From assembly GCF_001194135.2 (NCBI RefSeq), contig NC_068992.1:6575517-6639516 (forward strand): 64,000 bases of DNA, given 5' to 3'. Both the position numbers and the translations under genes were made by a program. The notes under the pieces are model-generated. The model searched no databases. It saw only the letters and a list, made by a program, of their open reading frames with translations, and was not told the DNA's origin. Shown one piece after another: positions 12,301 to 26,858 of the stretch (the first letter of the stretch is position 1; each line of letters begins with the position of its first letter). The stretch comes from Octopus bimaculoides. Lineage: Eukaryota.

Positions 12301-12595
12301 TAACATTTAAGCAGACGCAAACCTTTTGGATGGTGTAAATAACAATACGATTAATTGCTAGAAACACAAGAGGTGCACGGTTCGATTTTTGGCAGTGAGA
12401 ATTAACATCTAAGTAGACGTAAAGCTTCCCTGCTGTGTAAATAAACAGCATGATTGACAGCTCGAAATACAAGAGATATACGGTTTGATTCCACTCAGTG
12501 AGAGCTAACATCTAAGCAGATCTGAACTTTCTGTGAAGTGTAAATAATAGCACAACTGTGTTCGAAACACACGAGGTGCGTGTTTCGATTTCTGT
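12301..12595 (+). repeat. Diverged tandem repeat, about three units of 102-103 bp, tRNA-like
   Basis: Units start TAACATYTAAG at 12301, 12403 and 12506. Each contains GTGTAAATAA, YTNGAAA, GAGRT and a B-box-like GKTTYGAT. Confidence 0.7.
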
Positions 12596-13189
12596 TAATT
12601 AGTAGCAGGAGAACCATGGTCGAGTAGATTAATGATCAAAACTCTTTTAAAGTGAGAAGAGTGTTAATTTGAATTTGGCTGCTATGTTTAGCTAGCTTTG
12701 AAGCGGCCTTAAAGCCTCTCACTTTGGCTCCGGATTTAGCCAATGTTTCTTGCAAGTCAAATGACCAAATAGTAGTTCCTTCGTTCGTCCCTCGTCTCTT
12801 CCTTTGAGAGAGATTTCTTTCCTATCAACGCTACTGTTGATTCTGTTTATCTCCTCCGAACGAAGGAAAACCAAGTAGACCTCGTCGGAGGAAATTGACC
12901 TTAGAACTTAAAAAGCGGGAGCAAATATTGTAAGGCTATATCTGACGTTAATTCGTTTAGTCTACGTTATGTCTTGAGTTCAAACCATACTGGCACAGCC
13001 TCTATCTTCCCTCCAACACCAACCTTATGCTAATGTCAAAAATCAATATCTAAAAAGGAAGCAAGACTCGATGCTCTCTACTGACAAGTGCTCTGTTAAT
13101 TCTTGCTTCTACAACTTGTATGAACTTAATATCAATAAACCAACTGTCCCTTTGACTTCCGCTCTCTACTTTCACACTATTTGCAATAT

Positions 13190-14273
<1,084 letters not shown>

Positions 14274-15140
14274 TTACTATTTGCTGAAAGACGTATTACT
14301 ACCTTGTTAAAGGGACAGTAAATCAAAATATAATTTTTTCAACTTGTCACAGTATTGATTTCTAATATAGATACAAATACAAACGAATTCGTTTTGAGGA
14401 AGGGCTGCATATATTTGAAAGAAGCCCCACCATACACGCACACATAAAATGGTGTTAATTTTAGCAAGTTTAGAGAAATAAAAGGCGAGAAAATTTGACC
14501 GTTGATATTTTGAACGCAGAATGTAAAGAAATGTAACTAAATAAAATAAGAAATTTTGCCAGGCCCTCCATCAAGTCTGACAATCCTTAGTGCAAACTTG
14601 AGTCTAATGTACTTAATGGGAAGTCAAAATCTAATCGCCCAATTGCCATTTAGTTAATGACACCGTTGTAGTAGAAAAAAATGGCTCTTCCTGATGTAAT
14701 AGTAGCTTCAACATACCGTCTATGAAAATGAAGTCATTCGCTAGGTTAGTACAACTCCAAAATTTCGAGAACTTCAACAAAGCAAAATCCCCGTGGGACG
14801 TTCAGTATATATACATACACACACAAACATATATATANNNNNNNNNNNNNNNNNNNNNNNNNNNNNNNNNNNNNNNNNNNNNNNNNNNNNNNNNNNNNNN
14901 NNNNNNNNNNNNNNNNNNNNNNNNNNNNNNNNNNNNNNNNNNNNNNNNNNNNNNNNNNNNNNNNNNNNNNNNNNNNNNNNNNNNNNNNNNNNNNNNNNNN
15001 NNNNNNNNNNNNNNNNNNNNNNNNNNNNNNNNNNNNNNNNNNNNNNNNNNNNNNNNNNNNNNNNNNNNNNNNNNNNNNNNNNNNNNNNNNNNNNNNNNNN
15101 AAGCATATCACTCATCTGTATATTTTTTTCTTTTATGTTT

Positions 15141-15176
<36 letters not shown>

Positions 15177-15382
15177 TTTAAAAACATAATCGCACTCTAC
15201 ATGATAACTTCTGCAAAATATCTTTTAAAAAGTATGACGTTTTCTGAAAGTTTTACGAATCTGGCACCATACTGATTATGCACTCATTCTGCTTACCTCT
15301 CTTCCTTGTGTCTGCACGATGTAAAGCGTGACTGGAAAAATCAACCAACCAACCAACCAACGATCGGCTATTATTAGAGACA

Positions 15383-15452
<70 letters not shown>

Positions 15453-15954
15453 GTGTATACATAGAGGGTGAGCAGGTTTTACACAACTGTACTTTAGTTT
15501 TGTTGTTCTTATTGATAGTTCTTTAAGTTTTCAGATGAATTCCTTGTAGTTTGTTCGAAACAGTAAAATTCCTAAAGCCATCATAAGCGTTTCTGAGCCT
15601 TCATAGTGTCATCTTCATGGTGAAATGATGTTTACCGTGTGTTTTTGTTTATTTTTATCCTTTCTAATTTTGGCAAAAAGGCCAGCAGTTTTGAGGGGAG
15701 TAAGCAAGATGATTACATTGAATCTAGTACCTGTCGGGCACTTATATTCTGACCCCTAAAGAATGAAAAGTAAAGACGACCTCAGAGATTGCTTCATACA
15801 TTTAGTATGTTTACATATAGTTTGTCTGTTAAATGAACACAATATTTGTCATAATTTGAATGACTCAGTCTTTCATTTATTTCACGTACGTACATACATA
15901 CATACATACATACATACATACATACATACGTACATACATACCTGAACCAGTGAG

Positions 15955-16180
15955 ACAATGAGGAACCTAGTACTGTGGTTGATTAACTTGGTAGAAATAG
16001 CAGTCAAATTTTCCACACAGCACACCGAATCGTCATAAAAAAAGACATTGCATGATAAAATCATGTATGCATTCTACCTGCAAATAGAAATAGACGGAAT
16101 GGTCACGCCTCGAACGCATTTGATCATAGGCTTTCTGCAGTCTTGAGCTTAGGTAAAACGGCAAAAGCAAAATATATGAA
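15955..16180 (+). mobile_element. SINE-like family B
   Basis: GGTAGAAATAGCAGTCAAATT...AGACGGAATGGTCACGCCTCGAACGCATTTGATCATAGGC. Confidence 0.6.
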
Positions 16181-19100
16181 GCTACAAAGCTAAACAGACT
16201 GATTTGATGCAAATATATGTCCACTATTTTGGTTATTAAGATTAAGGCAGTGAAGAGAAAGTAATCTTTGTTATTAGCAAACGGTTTTATTATTCTTTTT
16301 TTCTAATTCATTAAGTTTTGTTATTTTATTTCTTGCATTAAACATTCCAAAGTCGAAATGTTTGACAACGGTCGATAAGTTTCTGGTCTGGAGATATCGA
16401 TGTTGTTTTTCGTTTAGACTTGTCTTCCATTTCACTATTTTTTCTTTATTATGTTCAGCCTAATGGAAAACAAAAACAAAACAAACCTCAGACAAAAACA
16501 GAAAGATTATATGATGCATAATTCTTTAATTTATAGTTGAAAACTACAGTGGAATAAAATATAAAACGCCATTAAAAAATGCAGAGCATCGCCAGTAAAA
16601 TGCTGTAAATAATACTAGTGATGTAGAAATCCTTTCACAATTAGACTGATCTATATTCAAAAATGTTTCATTGACATTCGAATGTTAGGAAAAAAAAATT
16701 TTTTTTTTTTTCTCTTTTTCCAACATCTTCAGAAATTGCAATTATTCAAAACAGTGTGTCAGTATCTTTGCATTAACAGAAAGAAAGAAACACAAACCGC
16801 TATTTACAGTAGATAAGCAAGCTCTATTAAATCAGAGAAACTCTGTCCAAAGAAAACAGTTTTTGTAGTTGTTTAGCTCCAAGTCAGCTCTGATCTAGAA
16901 GACCAAATGATCAAAGCTATTTCAGTTATGACCATCCATCGATTTTCTTTTTTGCTAGTGTAATGCATAGTTTAAAGACTGATGTCTTACCTTTTGGAGA
17001 ATATCTGATATTTTCAAGCTTTACTTATTCCAGATTATTATCTGTTATATCCTTTTCTAAGACAGTAAGTGTCATTCATGGGAGCTTTTCGCTTACCAGT
17101 AATGGCAGTACGAGTCAACTAATGCTGACGCTCTATCTTTGGTCAATAAATGAAAGAATTATGTGAAATCTTGGCGGCATTGTATGTCTGTATAAAATAC
17201 TAAAATACAGAGATTAATGAGTGAGGTGATGTAAGAAATCGGAGCTTTAGTCTAATTGCTGCACGATCCATCGAAATACGTTTACTGCCTTCAACGTTTA
17301 AGAATTAGAAAGGAGAAATATACAAGTAACATATCCAACTATGAAACAGGCGGTTTTCTTTGATATGTTAATTGTATCGGTTTCTTTTGAACAGAAGTTA
17401 TTGGATTCCAGAAATAAACATAGCAAACGATTATTGTAGCGCACAGACGCCTGTACAGAAGAGGCCAAAAGTCACGGCATACATAAGAACTGCTGACCGA
17501 CTTAAAACTGTTTCTTCAGATACTCGTATTTTAAACTCCAAATCAATCTTCACTCTGTTAGAATATCTTTTGTTCTCCTGGAGTTACATTAGCATTACAT
17601 AATCACAGTAACTTATTCCGTAGGTTCCCCCATATATATATATATATATATTGTTTTTCTACATTAACAGCTTTCTGGTTCTTACATCTAATCGTATACA
17701 TTTATACAAAGATGAAACCTAGTTTCATTCATAACAATTTTGTGCATACAAAATTATTGCATACATAACTTAGATGACTAATGCTAGACTTACAGCAATT
17801 CAGGCCGAGAAAATACTTTAGCACTTATCCCGAGCTTATTACCGACAAAGCATAAATATGATCCACTCAGAAGCGGCGCTGCATTTAGAGATACAAACAT
17901 TCGGAACAACATCGAAAAGAGAATAAAAAAGTCATCTAGTTGAAAGACAAACATCACTCGACACGTTACATGCACTTTCCCACATACTCCTTCTATCTCT
18001 CTATTATATTCCCTACGTATATATCTAACCGCCAAATTCTGTAAAGGTCAATCTTTTCTTCCTTAACCTGACACAGTATGAAACACCCTCCTCCCAACAT
18101 TTTTTTTTTTTTTTGTAGAATTAGCAAACACTTTTTCGAACAGTGTATACATTGCATTGGCCTCACCAGTTTAGATAGGGGAAGCAAAAGCCGAGAACAG
18201 TGTTTCTTACCTGACTGAATAATAAAAATTCAACAGGTTACCAGTGCTATACGAGAAAAACTATAGTTCTGATGAGAGTAGTTAAATAGATGTTATCAGG
18301 TTTTGCAACTTTGCAAGTTCCATCGAAGTTGAAGTCAATCTGAAACAGACATCAGAAGTAGTGTGAATAAAACAAATAAAATGTACGTGAAGGAATTCAG
18401 TAGGTGTGCGTATATTTGTGTGTATANNNNNNNNNNNNNNNNNNNNNNNNNNNNNNNNNNNNNNNNNNNNNNNNNNNNNNNNNNNNNNNNNNNNNNTATA
18501 ATATGTATGTATACACAAACACGCAAATTATGAAAAACTACTCCCTGATTTTCCACAAATAGAAAAGAATTCTTTTATAAAAGTCAATCATTGAATAAAA
18601 ATAAAGAAAACTGACATATATATCTTGGAAGTAAAATAGTGATTTGTGGTAAATATAAATGGACAAGGTGCAAGATTAAAATAACAAAAGTAAAATGAAG
18701 AATGAAACGAACAAATGGCTAAGAACAAAAAGGAAATGGGAGTGTCTAGAAAAATGTTCAGCACAATTGTGAATTCGTCTAGCTGACACTTGGTAAAAAA
18801 AAAGAAGCAAAACACTCACATTCCTTCAGTAGAAATAGAAGTTAGAAGCTAATGTGACACCACCTTTTCGTAATTTGCTCTGACATATCGGATATGTTAT
18901 TTTCACCACTAAGAGTAGAATTACTCAGCTTTTTGTTTCATTCCGTTGTTCATTCCTTATGAAGTAAGGTGATGCGAAAAGTATAAGTGCTGCTATTATA
19001 AACCAGGGCTTTAGATTTCTGTTTTCTATATTTTAAATAAATGGAAAGAAATCATGTGAGATTTGTCGTCCTCCACCTCAAATAAGTAGCCAATGCTTGT

Positions 19101-22100
19101 ATATTCATTAATTTTTTGTTTTTATCGCTTCCATTTATACCCATTCGTAGTCAGCAACCCGTATCTACAGGCTTTTTCTAAAGTAACAGAAGCAGAACAA
19201 AATATATGTTCATTGAAAACGAATAAAACTTGATACAATAACTGACATATTCTCGCCAAAATTGCCATGTTTTTATATTTTAACCTCAAGGGCCATGATT
19301 TCTTGTAGTAGATCAATCAATATAGTTTTACTTTTTGTAATTCCACTCGATATACAATTGACATAAACAGATTTCAACGGTACTATTTAAACTCAAACCA
19401 ATATTTCCCCCAAAGTGTCCAGCAGGTAATGTAACCGTTCTTATAGTAATGTAATAAATACATTTTGCTTAGTTCTAGTAAAGGTCGTCTTGCTCTCTGT
19501 TTCTCCCTACTAGTTATGATTCTCTCATTTTCCTGTTTTGTTCCTTTTTATTACAGTTTTCTTTTTCACCAAACTTTCATAATATAGCTTCCCTGGTTCT
19601 GGTTCTTGTCTTTGTGACGACTTAACTTTTCTATTCTACTTGTGCAAAGTAAATGACTACCGGAGTCATACACATATACGAACAAGCAAGCATATATATA
19701 CATGCATAAATACACCCACCATATATATATATATATANNNNNNNNNNNNNNNNNNNNNNNNNNNNNNNNNNNNNNNNNNNNNNNNNNNNNNNNNNNNNNN
19801 NNNNNNNNNNNNNNNNNNNNNNNNNNNNNNNNNNNNNNNNNNNNNNNNNNNNNNNNNNNNNNNNNNNNNNNNNNNNNNNNNNNNNNNNNNNNNNNNNNNN
19901 NNNNNNNNNNNNNNNNNNNNNNNNNNNNNNNNNNNNNNNNNNNNNNNNNNNNNNNNNNNNNNNNNNNNNNNNNNNNNNNNNNNNNNNNNNNNNNNNNNNN
20001 NNNNNNNNNNNNNNNNNNNNNNNATATATATATATATATATATAATCAGTAGAGTTTTACATATTTTTATGTCTTAAAGAGATCAATTGATAGCGGATTC
20101 CAAAATTATTGATATTCACGAAGGCAAAGCAACACTAAGACATTAATTTTATAAATCTGGATTAAAAAAATATGGGACTAGTACAACAGACAGATCATTA
20201 TTTCTTTAAAGTTGTAGAATATATGTTTTAAATATATTTAAATTGCAGCATTAATTCAGTATTAGGTTTATCGAATCTATATCTTATTAGTTTAATTTAA
20301 ACACGTTTGCCCATATCTTTGAGGAACATTTAATTATTGGACGCCGAAGATTAGCTTTTATTACGAGACTGATAAATAGACACACAGGAACCACGTATTG
20401 AGTGAACTTTAGCAAACCTAATTAAAATGTTAAGTGAACGAACATATTATTCTAATAAAAAGAAAACATATTCAGGATAAAAACTTCTATGGATGTCGAT
20501 TTTGCTACTTTAAAAATATTGATGCTTCAAATTTATGAGATATATGGCATCTGCAGTGCATCTATCAATTAAACACGTGTTGAACTGTACATTTTTTGGT
20601 TGGTGTAGGTTACATTATTCGTAGACATCTTGACTAGGTGTTTTAACATCGAGGCTATAATCGCTTGAGACGCTTGACATTTTTTAAATTGCAATGAATT
20701 CTTCATGTTTTAACAACAATAAAAAAAATCACATATTTGCAGCTAAAGTGAGGCTTGGGTGAGAATTAAATCAGGAAATCTGGGAATGTAAAACAAATAA
20801 GTTCGTAAATATATTTACTTAAAGAATGACGCAGGCTGGGGACGCCTAAATGATGTAAATTAACTCCTACTGAATCTTAAGAAATCAATGAGTGTTAAAC
20901 TTTACATTCATAAGTGGCATGAGTTAGTATGCCACTATGAATGAGAGAAGTCTAAAGTTTCGGAACAGGGTCTTCGACGGAGAAATAAGCAATGGTTACC
21001 AGTGGTAACCAATTCTCTTTCTGTCACTCACTTCGGCTCATACAAACCTGTTTATATGATTAATATTGACAGCAATCTTTTACTCATCCTATTATAGCCA
21101 CTGTTAAGTCAGCCTTCTTGTATTCCTCGCGGTTGACTAATATATTCTACTTGATGAATTTGTTGTATTTACTCTTTACTGGTGCAGATTCTAGCTTCAT
21201 CACAGCTCTTATAAAATAAAGCTTAATTACCATTTTGATTAATTGGGTGCCGGTAAAATAGTTATTAATAAAATTCTGGTGTCGGTTTAAACGGCTATTC
21301 TCTCCAACACCTAAAAAGTGTATAGTGTTACATCTGTGGTAAAAATCGTTATTATTTTGTTGGGTACTGAGTAGCAAAGATACTAGACTGCGGATCAAAA
21401 CACCATGCGTAATTACTTATGTTCCATTCAGAATGGTTATTGAGAAAACAGCTTTATATTCAAGTCAAATACGATAATAATGTAAGCTGAAGAATTCAGT
21501 CAAGAGACATTATCCAAACAATTAGGAGATAAAAATTTACACAAGGCAATGTTTGAAATATACAAAAAAAAAAAAAAATTCAAGAACTCGAAATAAAATT
21601 AAATAATATCAAGTTTCGAATCGACATATATATATTAATTGCCATTTATGTATCATTCATCAATCACATACGCAATTGACAGCCAAGTTACTGCAGTTTT
21701 GTCCAAAATAAAATATCTTATGGACCCGCTGTGTTCAAAACAATACATATATCGGAGGGAAACGAAAAGTGGTCCCAGCAGGGATTAGCTAGAAATCCTT
21801 GTTGGGTTTTTTCAATGGCATGTACTCACAGCCAACCACATGTCTGAACGAGATGTGTCGCTTCTGATGGTGGAAACAATGAATAATACATTTGCTTTCA
21901 TTGAGAATAGCTGCTGGAATGAATAAATAATCTGGCGTACGCAATTGATGCAATATTGAAACAGCTATCTATGTAACGTGATGTAAGTACACACACACAC
22001 ACACAAAGTGAGTGACGCTAACTATGAATATCAATACGATGAATCTAGGGGGAAATAACGCTATTCAAGCTCTAGGATCAATTTAATTGTATTTTTCCTG

Positions 22101-22114
22101 TCTGAAGATGAATG

Positions 22115-22230
22115 GACCAGTGGCTAAGGTTTGTGGTTCATAATTTGAATGTTGTAGGTACAGTTCCTGGACCGGGTGGTGCGTTGCGTCTTCGTCATTA
22201 CCCGTTAAGTCTACTCAGCTGTAATGAATG
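22115..22230 (+). mobile_element. tRNA-derived SINE family D, diverged
   Basis: CAGTGGCTAAGG...GTTCCTGGACCGGGTGGTGCGTTGCGTC...TCTACTCAGCTG, similar to 46817-47035. Confidence 0.45.
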
Positions 22231-23009
22231 CCAACCCACCCCCATTTCATCTAACACCTATTGATTGTTCCGTTGTGAATAAGGTTGAGAGTGTATATGT
22301 GTTCACGATTGCATAAGTACATAAAACAATTAGCGAAAGCTTGGTATAAGTTACCAAGACATATTTGATTGCAAGTGTTGGCTGGCTTTGATTTTCTTTT
22401 ACTCTGCTCTCATATCCAACTGCTTCAGACTGTCTGCAACAGCCATGGGTGCAGCTCTTTCTCCCTCCACTAAACCGATAACAAGAAAACAGAAATCAAT
22501 GTTGGAATAATTTTTTGTTATTAACTATGCTCGACGTTTCTTATTTGAATAACTAATTACAAAATAATAATTATATTGTTTCTTAAATTGTTACAGACAG
22601 ACAGAGATTGTATATTGATTGAAGTTGTATAAACCCAATTAAAATGCTAAATAATTGACTATTCAAATACAAAGAATATATATTCAGAAAAACAAATATA
22701 TACACGCGTATGTGTTTCTGAAATTGATTTTATACTTTATAACGAAATTTGTTAGACATTCACATTATTTTGCTCCCATATAATTTAAACATTGATTTTG
22801 GTTAATTTTTGGCTAGACACAAAGAACCTATATTTTAGATGATGGGTGGAACAGAACATTAAAACGATTATAACTTTTTGGAAATATTTTTAATCGAAAC
22901 GAAGTGAAATAGCTTCCACCGTGGATTAAAACTAAGTCACAGACTTTTTATTGACTCTTATTTGTTTCACCTTCGGTGATTGATATTGATTTATGTTATG
23001 TACACAGAT

Positions 23010-23180
23010 TCGATGGAAAGGCCTTAGTCGATTAAATCGAGTTCAGTACTTGACTGGTACGTATTTTTATTGATGATGAACGATGAAAGCTAATTTTGGC
23101 CTCAAGATTTGTAACTATACTGAGTTGTGACTAAAACCACAAAAATTTTTGTCCGACAGTCGAGTGATTCAACCGTTTAG
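23010..23180 (-). mobile_element. SINE family A, diverged
   Basis: GTCGATTAAATCGA...GTACTTGACTGGTAC...GATGAAAG matches family A in reverse orientation. Confidence 0.55.
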
Positions 23181-26100
23181 CGTTGGACAAAATAAACTAT
23201 GGTAATTAGTTGACACCAGTTATGTTTAGGCCGTTTTTCCCTTTCATCCTCCGAGATCGATAAAATGACAAGCAGTTAAATACAGTATAGTTGATTTAAC
23301 TGACTGCGCTTTCATGGACAATATTTAGTGCCAGGCTCAAGTTACAAACCGATGTTAAATGAAGTAAAACGGTTGGACCCAAGGAAGTTAGTGACTTCTG
23401 CGTCGCCACAGTATAAATGAATTAGTTTAGTGTAATAATGTGTTCAATGTAATAAAATTTTGTGCCGTAAGGGAAAAGAGATGGACGGAAATGTGAGAAA
23501 AAACGTCAAAAAGCGTTGCAAGGTAAATCAATTGGAGTTAGCGTGAGTAGAGGTTAAAGGAAGTGAGGAGGCGACAAATGTAAGTAGAAGGTGCAACGGT
23601 CAGGGCGAAGGGAAACAAAAGAAACACAAATGATTTGGTGAGTAGCAAGAGCGGTAGAATAGCCAAAATGGTAGAGCATCAAAGTAAATGTACTACTGCT
23701 GATTGTTGTCTACGTGTCGTAAGTTCAAACCTCACTGCTGCTGGTGTTGGCACTTATACAAATCAGGTCCCTCGGTGCCGACAGGGAGAAATTTGCGACA
23801 TTTTGTCAAAGCTGGAAGCGATTATTAAAAGTCGTGATGTGACAGAAAAATATGTGTGGTGCATGAAGAGAATTGCAGTATTTCATTATGTTCGCATAAA
23901 TTCTGTGTTCAAATCCTGCAGTGGTCGAGTGATCGAGAAGAGTATTAGGGACAATTATTTCGACAACAACTCCACTTGATAATTTACCTGCAGCCGTATG
24001 CCAATGCGAAAACAGCATTTGTAAATGGCAATAGATGGCAGGCATAAACGCGAGATCGATTCAATTAGTTATATAGCTCCTTCCTAGTAAGTACATGAGA
24101 TTGTGGTATTGTAAGAAATCAATATTTAACATGAAACCCATCTATTTTAGAGGTTATTTTGATTTAAAGAAGTTTGTAAGAAATCAGTAGTTTATGGATA
24201 TGTAGTAGAAGTACGTTATAAAATTCCATTTAAAAAATGTTATTTTGCTTAAATCTAGTTCCAAAGCACTCTTAAAATTTCTGTCACCATTATTACGTAG
24301 AGAAATGGTTATTCTCACAAAATAAATTGTACTCGTATGTTCAAATTTTTCTAGTTTGTGTCAACACTCTTACTTTATCTTCCCCGAGACTTCAATCATA
24401 TCATATGAATAGTTGCATTTTATACTTTAACTCAAAATACTTGACCTGGCTAACTTTATTAGTTCCTAGAATAATTACAATCACATGAATATACAATATT
24501 TTGAGATAAATTGCTTTAAAGTAACAATTTATTTAACCCTTTATCTGGCCCAAATATTCTGCTTATTTTGTGTTCAAACTCGCCAGACTTGGCTTCTCAC
24601 ACGTACCATACAATGCCATTCTAAAAGTAAACAATCACATCATCGATTCTTTCTTTCTGTATCTTTCCTTCTTTTTGGATTATGCCTGTAATTGAAATGG
24701 TTATCTTTGTTACGTAGTGTCAGTGAAGACACGACTTTAAACTTGCGTTCAGAACCTGTAATTCAAAAGCCCAGTTTTCACACATGGTTAATTCCACGAG
24801 TAAGAATTCAGTTGACGATCCAGTAACTGAATGCTCATCGTCGAAACCGATGGAGTATTCACTACTTCAGAAGTAGAGAGTTGAACATTTATCATATGTA
24901 ACGCTGCCTAGTTTGGAATTCCTGATATTCAATTTCCAACGAAACTCGGTTGCGTACAAAATAATTATTACTAGTATCACGAGGTCAAACGTTCAATACA
25001 AAATGGAATTCTATCGGAGGTCCTCAGGAGGTCTCTAATCGAAGAGTAGACTTATGATCAGAAATGTTCTATCCGTGACTACCCCACGTTAATTGTGAAT
25101 CAGACACTGTTTTCTCAAAACTATCGTTCACTTGAAATAGTGGGCATAAACTTGAAGGAAATATGTCTGGTTTCAGTCAAGCCTCAGCAGAGCAGACTGG
25201 CCTTTCTGGGGACTTTTGAGAAGGTTGTCATTGTGCCATTCTCTATAGTTTGTGACTATCTTATTTTATTTTACTGTCGTATATGTATATAATACATATG
25301 TATATAAGTATGTGTGTGTGTGTGAAAATATTTATATATGGAAATATCTGCACATGCTTTTATGTGTGTGCGTGTGAAAAAAAAAATGTAATTATATACA
25401 CACACACACACACATTTTCATACATATGTGTATATCTTTACATACATATATGTAAATATGTTTATATTCATACATATGTATATATCTGTACATGCATATA
25501 TGTGTGTTTGTATGTTTGTGTGTGTGTGAATGTGTGTGTATGCGTGTGTTTGAGTGTACGTATGTATGTATTTATATATATATGTATGTATACGTATGTA
25601 TCAAGAAATTTTAGCACTTCTCAGCATTTCACTTTTCAATCTTTCTTATGACTAAAATAGAGTACATTTCGAGTATATTCATATGCATATTAAGTGATTT
25701 TCATAAACATCTTTCTTTACCTTTTTATTCCCTCTCGAAGCAGATTATTTTCATGTTGCACTAGATCAAAAAAAATTATCAAAGCTAGCAGCAACATTAC
25801 GTGTTATTTTGGGTACGTTCTCATATAAGTGTAGGCTAGTGATAGAAGCCACTTAACAATGAGCGATGAAAAGAAAACAAACTTCTTTCACTATTTCGAT
25901 CCTATTTTCATATTTCGATGCTAATAGTAAAAAAAAAAAAAAACAGTTGTCGAAATGTTATCAGAAAATAATATCCCAAATATTCGCTTTTTATGGTTTC
26001 TTCAGCAGGAAACTAGTAATCCTCGTGGCCTTTTCACACACTCTACCTCCCGCGAGACTGATGTGCTTGATGTTCATGTTTTAAGTCTATGTCGCTGTCT

Positions 26101-26521
26101 GTAGGAAAATATACTTGAGGTTAAAGTTCTAAGTAGGAAGGATTTTTGGAGAGTGATTACTGCGGGGCTTCGAGAATAATATACAACATGGCTGACGAGA
26201 AAAAAGAGAAGTGGACCATGTCTTATGTGCTAAAGTGGAAAAAGGTGTAACTAGTTTGATCTTTCATGTATTTGATATAGTGTGCATGTGAGTTCACGAA
26301 CATAACTGATTTTCGTAACCATGCATGAAGGATAGTCCGCAAGTTCTATTTAGAAGATAACGAACAAGCATGCAATGATTTGCATAAATTCTTTTTTTAA
26401 AAGCAAATATTCGCATAAAATTTAATACTGAAAATCGAAGGAGCCATGACTTCTTTTACTTTTACATTTATTATTGAGCATAACATACACAGGTAACATG
26501 CACAAGTACATAAACATCATA

Positions 26522-26556
<35 letters not shown>

Positions 26557-26599
26557 ATGTAGTCGTTAGAAAATGTACAACAGCTAGACAAAGAAAGGA

Positions 26600-26712
26600 G
26601 TTGCCACACCTGGCTTGTATTTATTTCAGTACAGTAGACTGAAGCAATGTGAAATCACGTTTTCTACTCAGAGGCACATCGCGACGCCCAATCTAAGAAT
26701 CGAACCCACGAT
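26600..26712 (-). mobile_element. tRNA-derived SINE family D, truncated by a gap
   Basis: Reverse complement ATCGTGGGTTCGATTC (B box)...GATTTCACATTGCTTCAGTCTACTG. Confidence 0.5.
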
Positions 26713-26793
26713 ATATATATANNNNNNNNNNNNNNNNNNNNNNNNNNNNNNNNNNNNNNNNNNNNNNNNNNNNNNNNNNNNNNNNNNNNNNNN

Positions 26794-26858
<65 letters not shown>

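Noticed and set aside
17097-17187. Minus-strand segment with strong acceptor and donor
   Set aside because: Stop codons in all three frames, and such signals are frequent by chance in AT-rich DNA.
23635-23979. 114-aa ORF MVSSKSGRIAKMVEHQ...
   Set aside because: Built largely from diverged SINE heads (A-box-like and B-box-like motifs visible); no recognisable domain.
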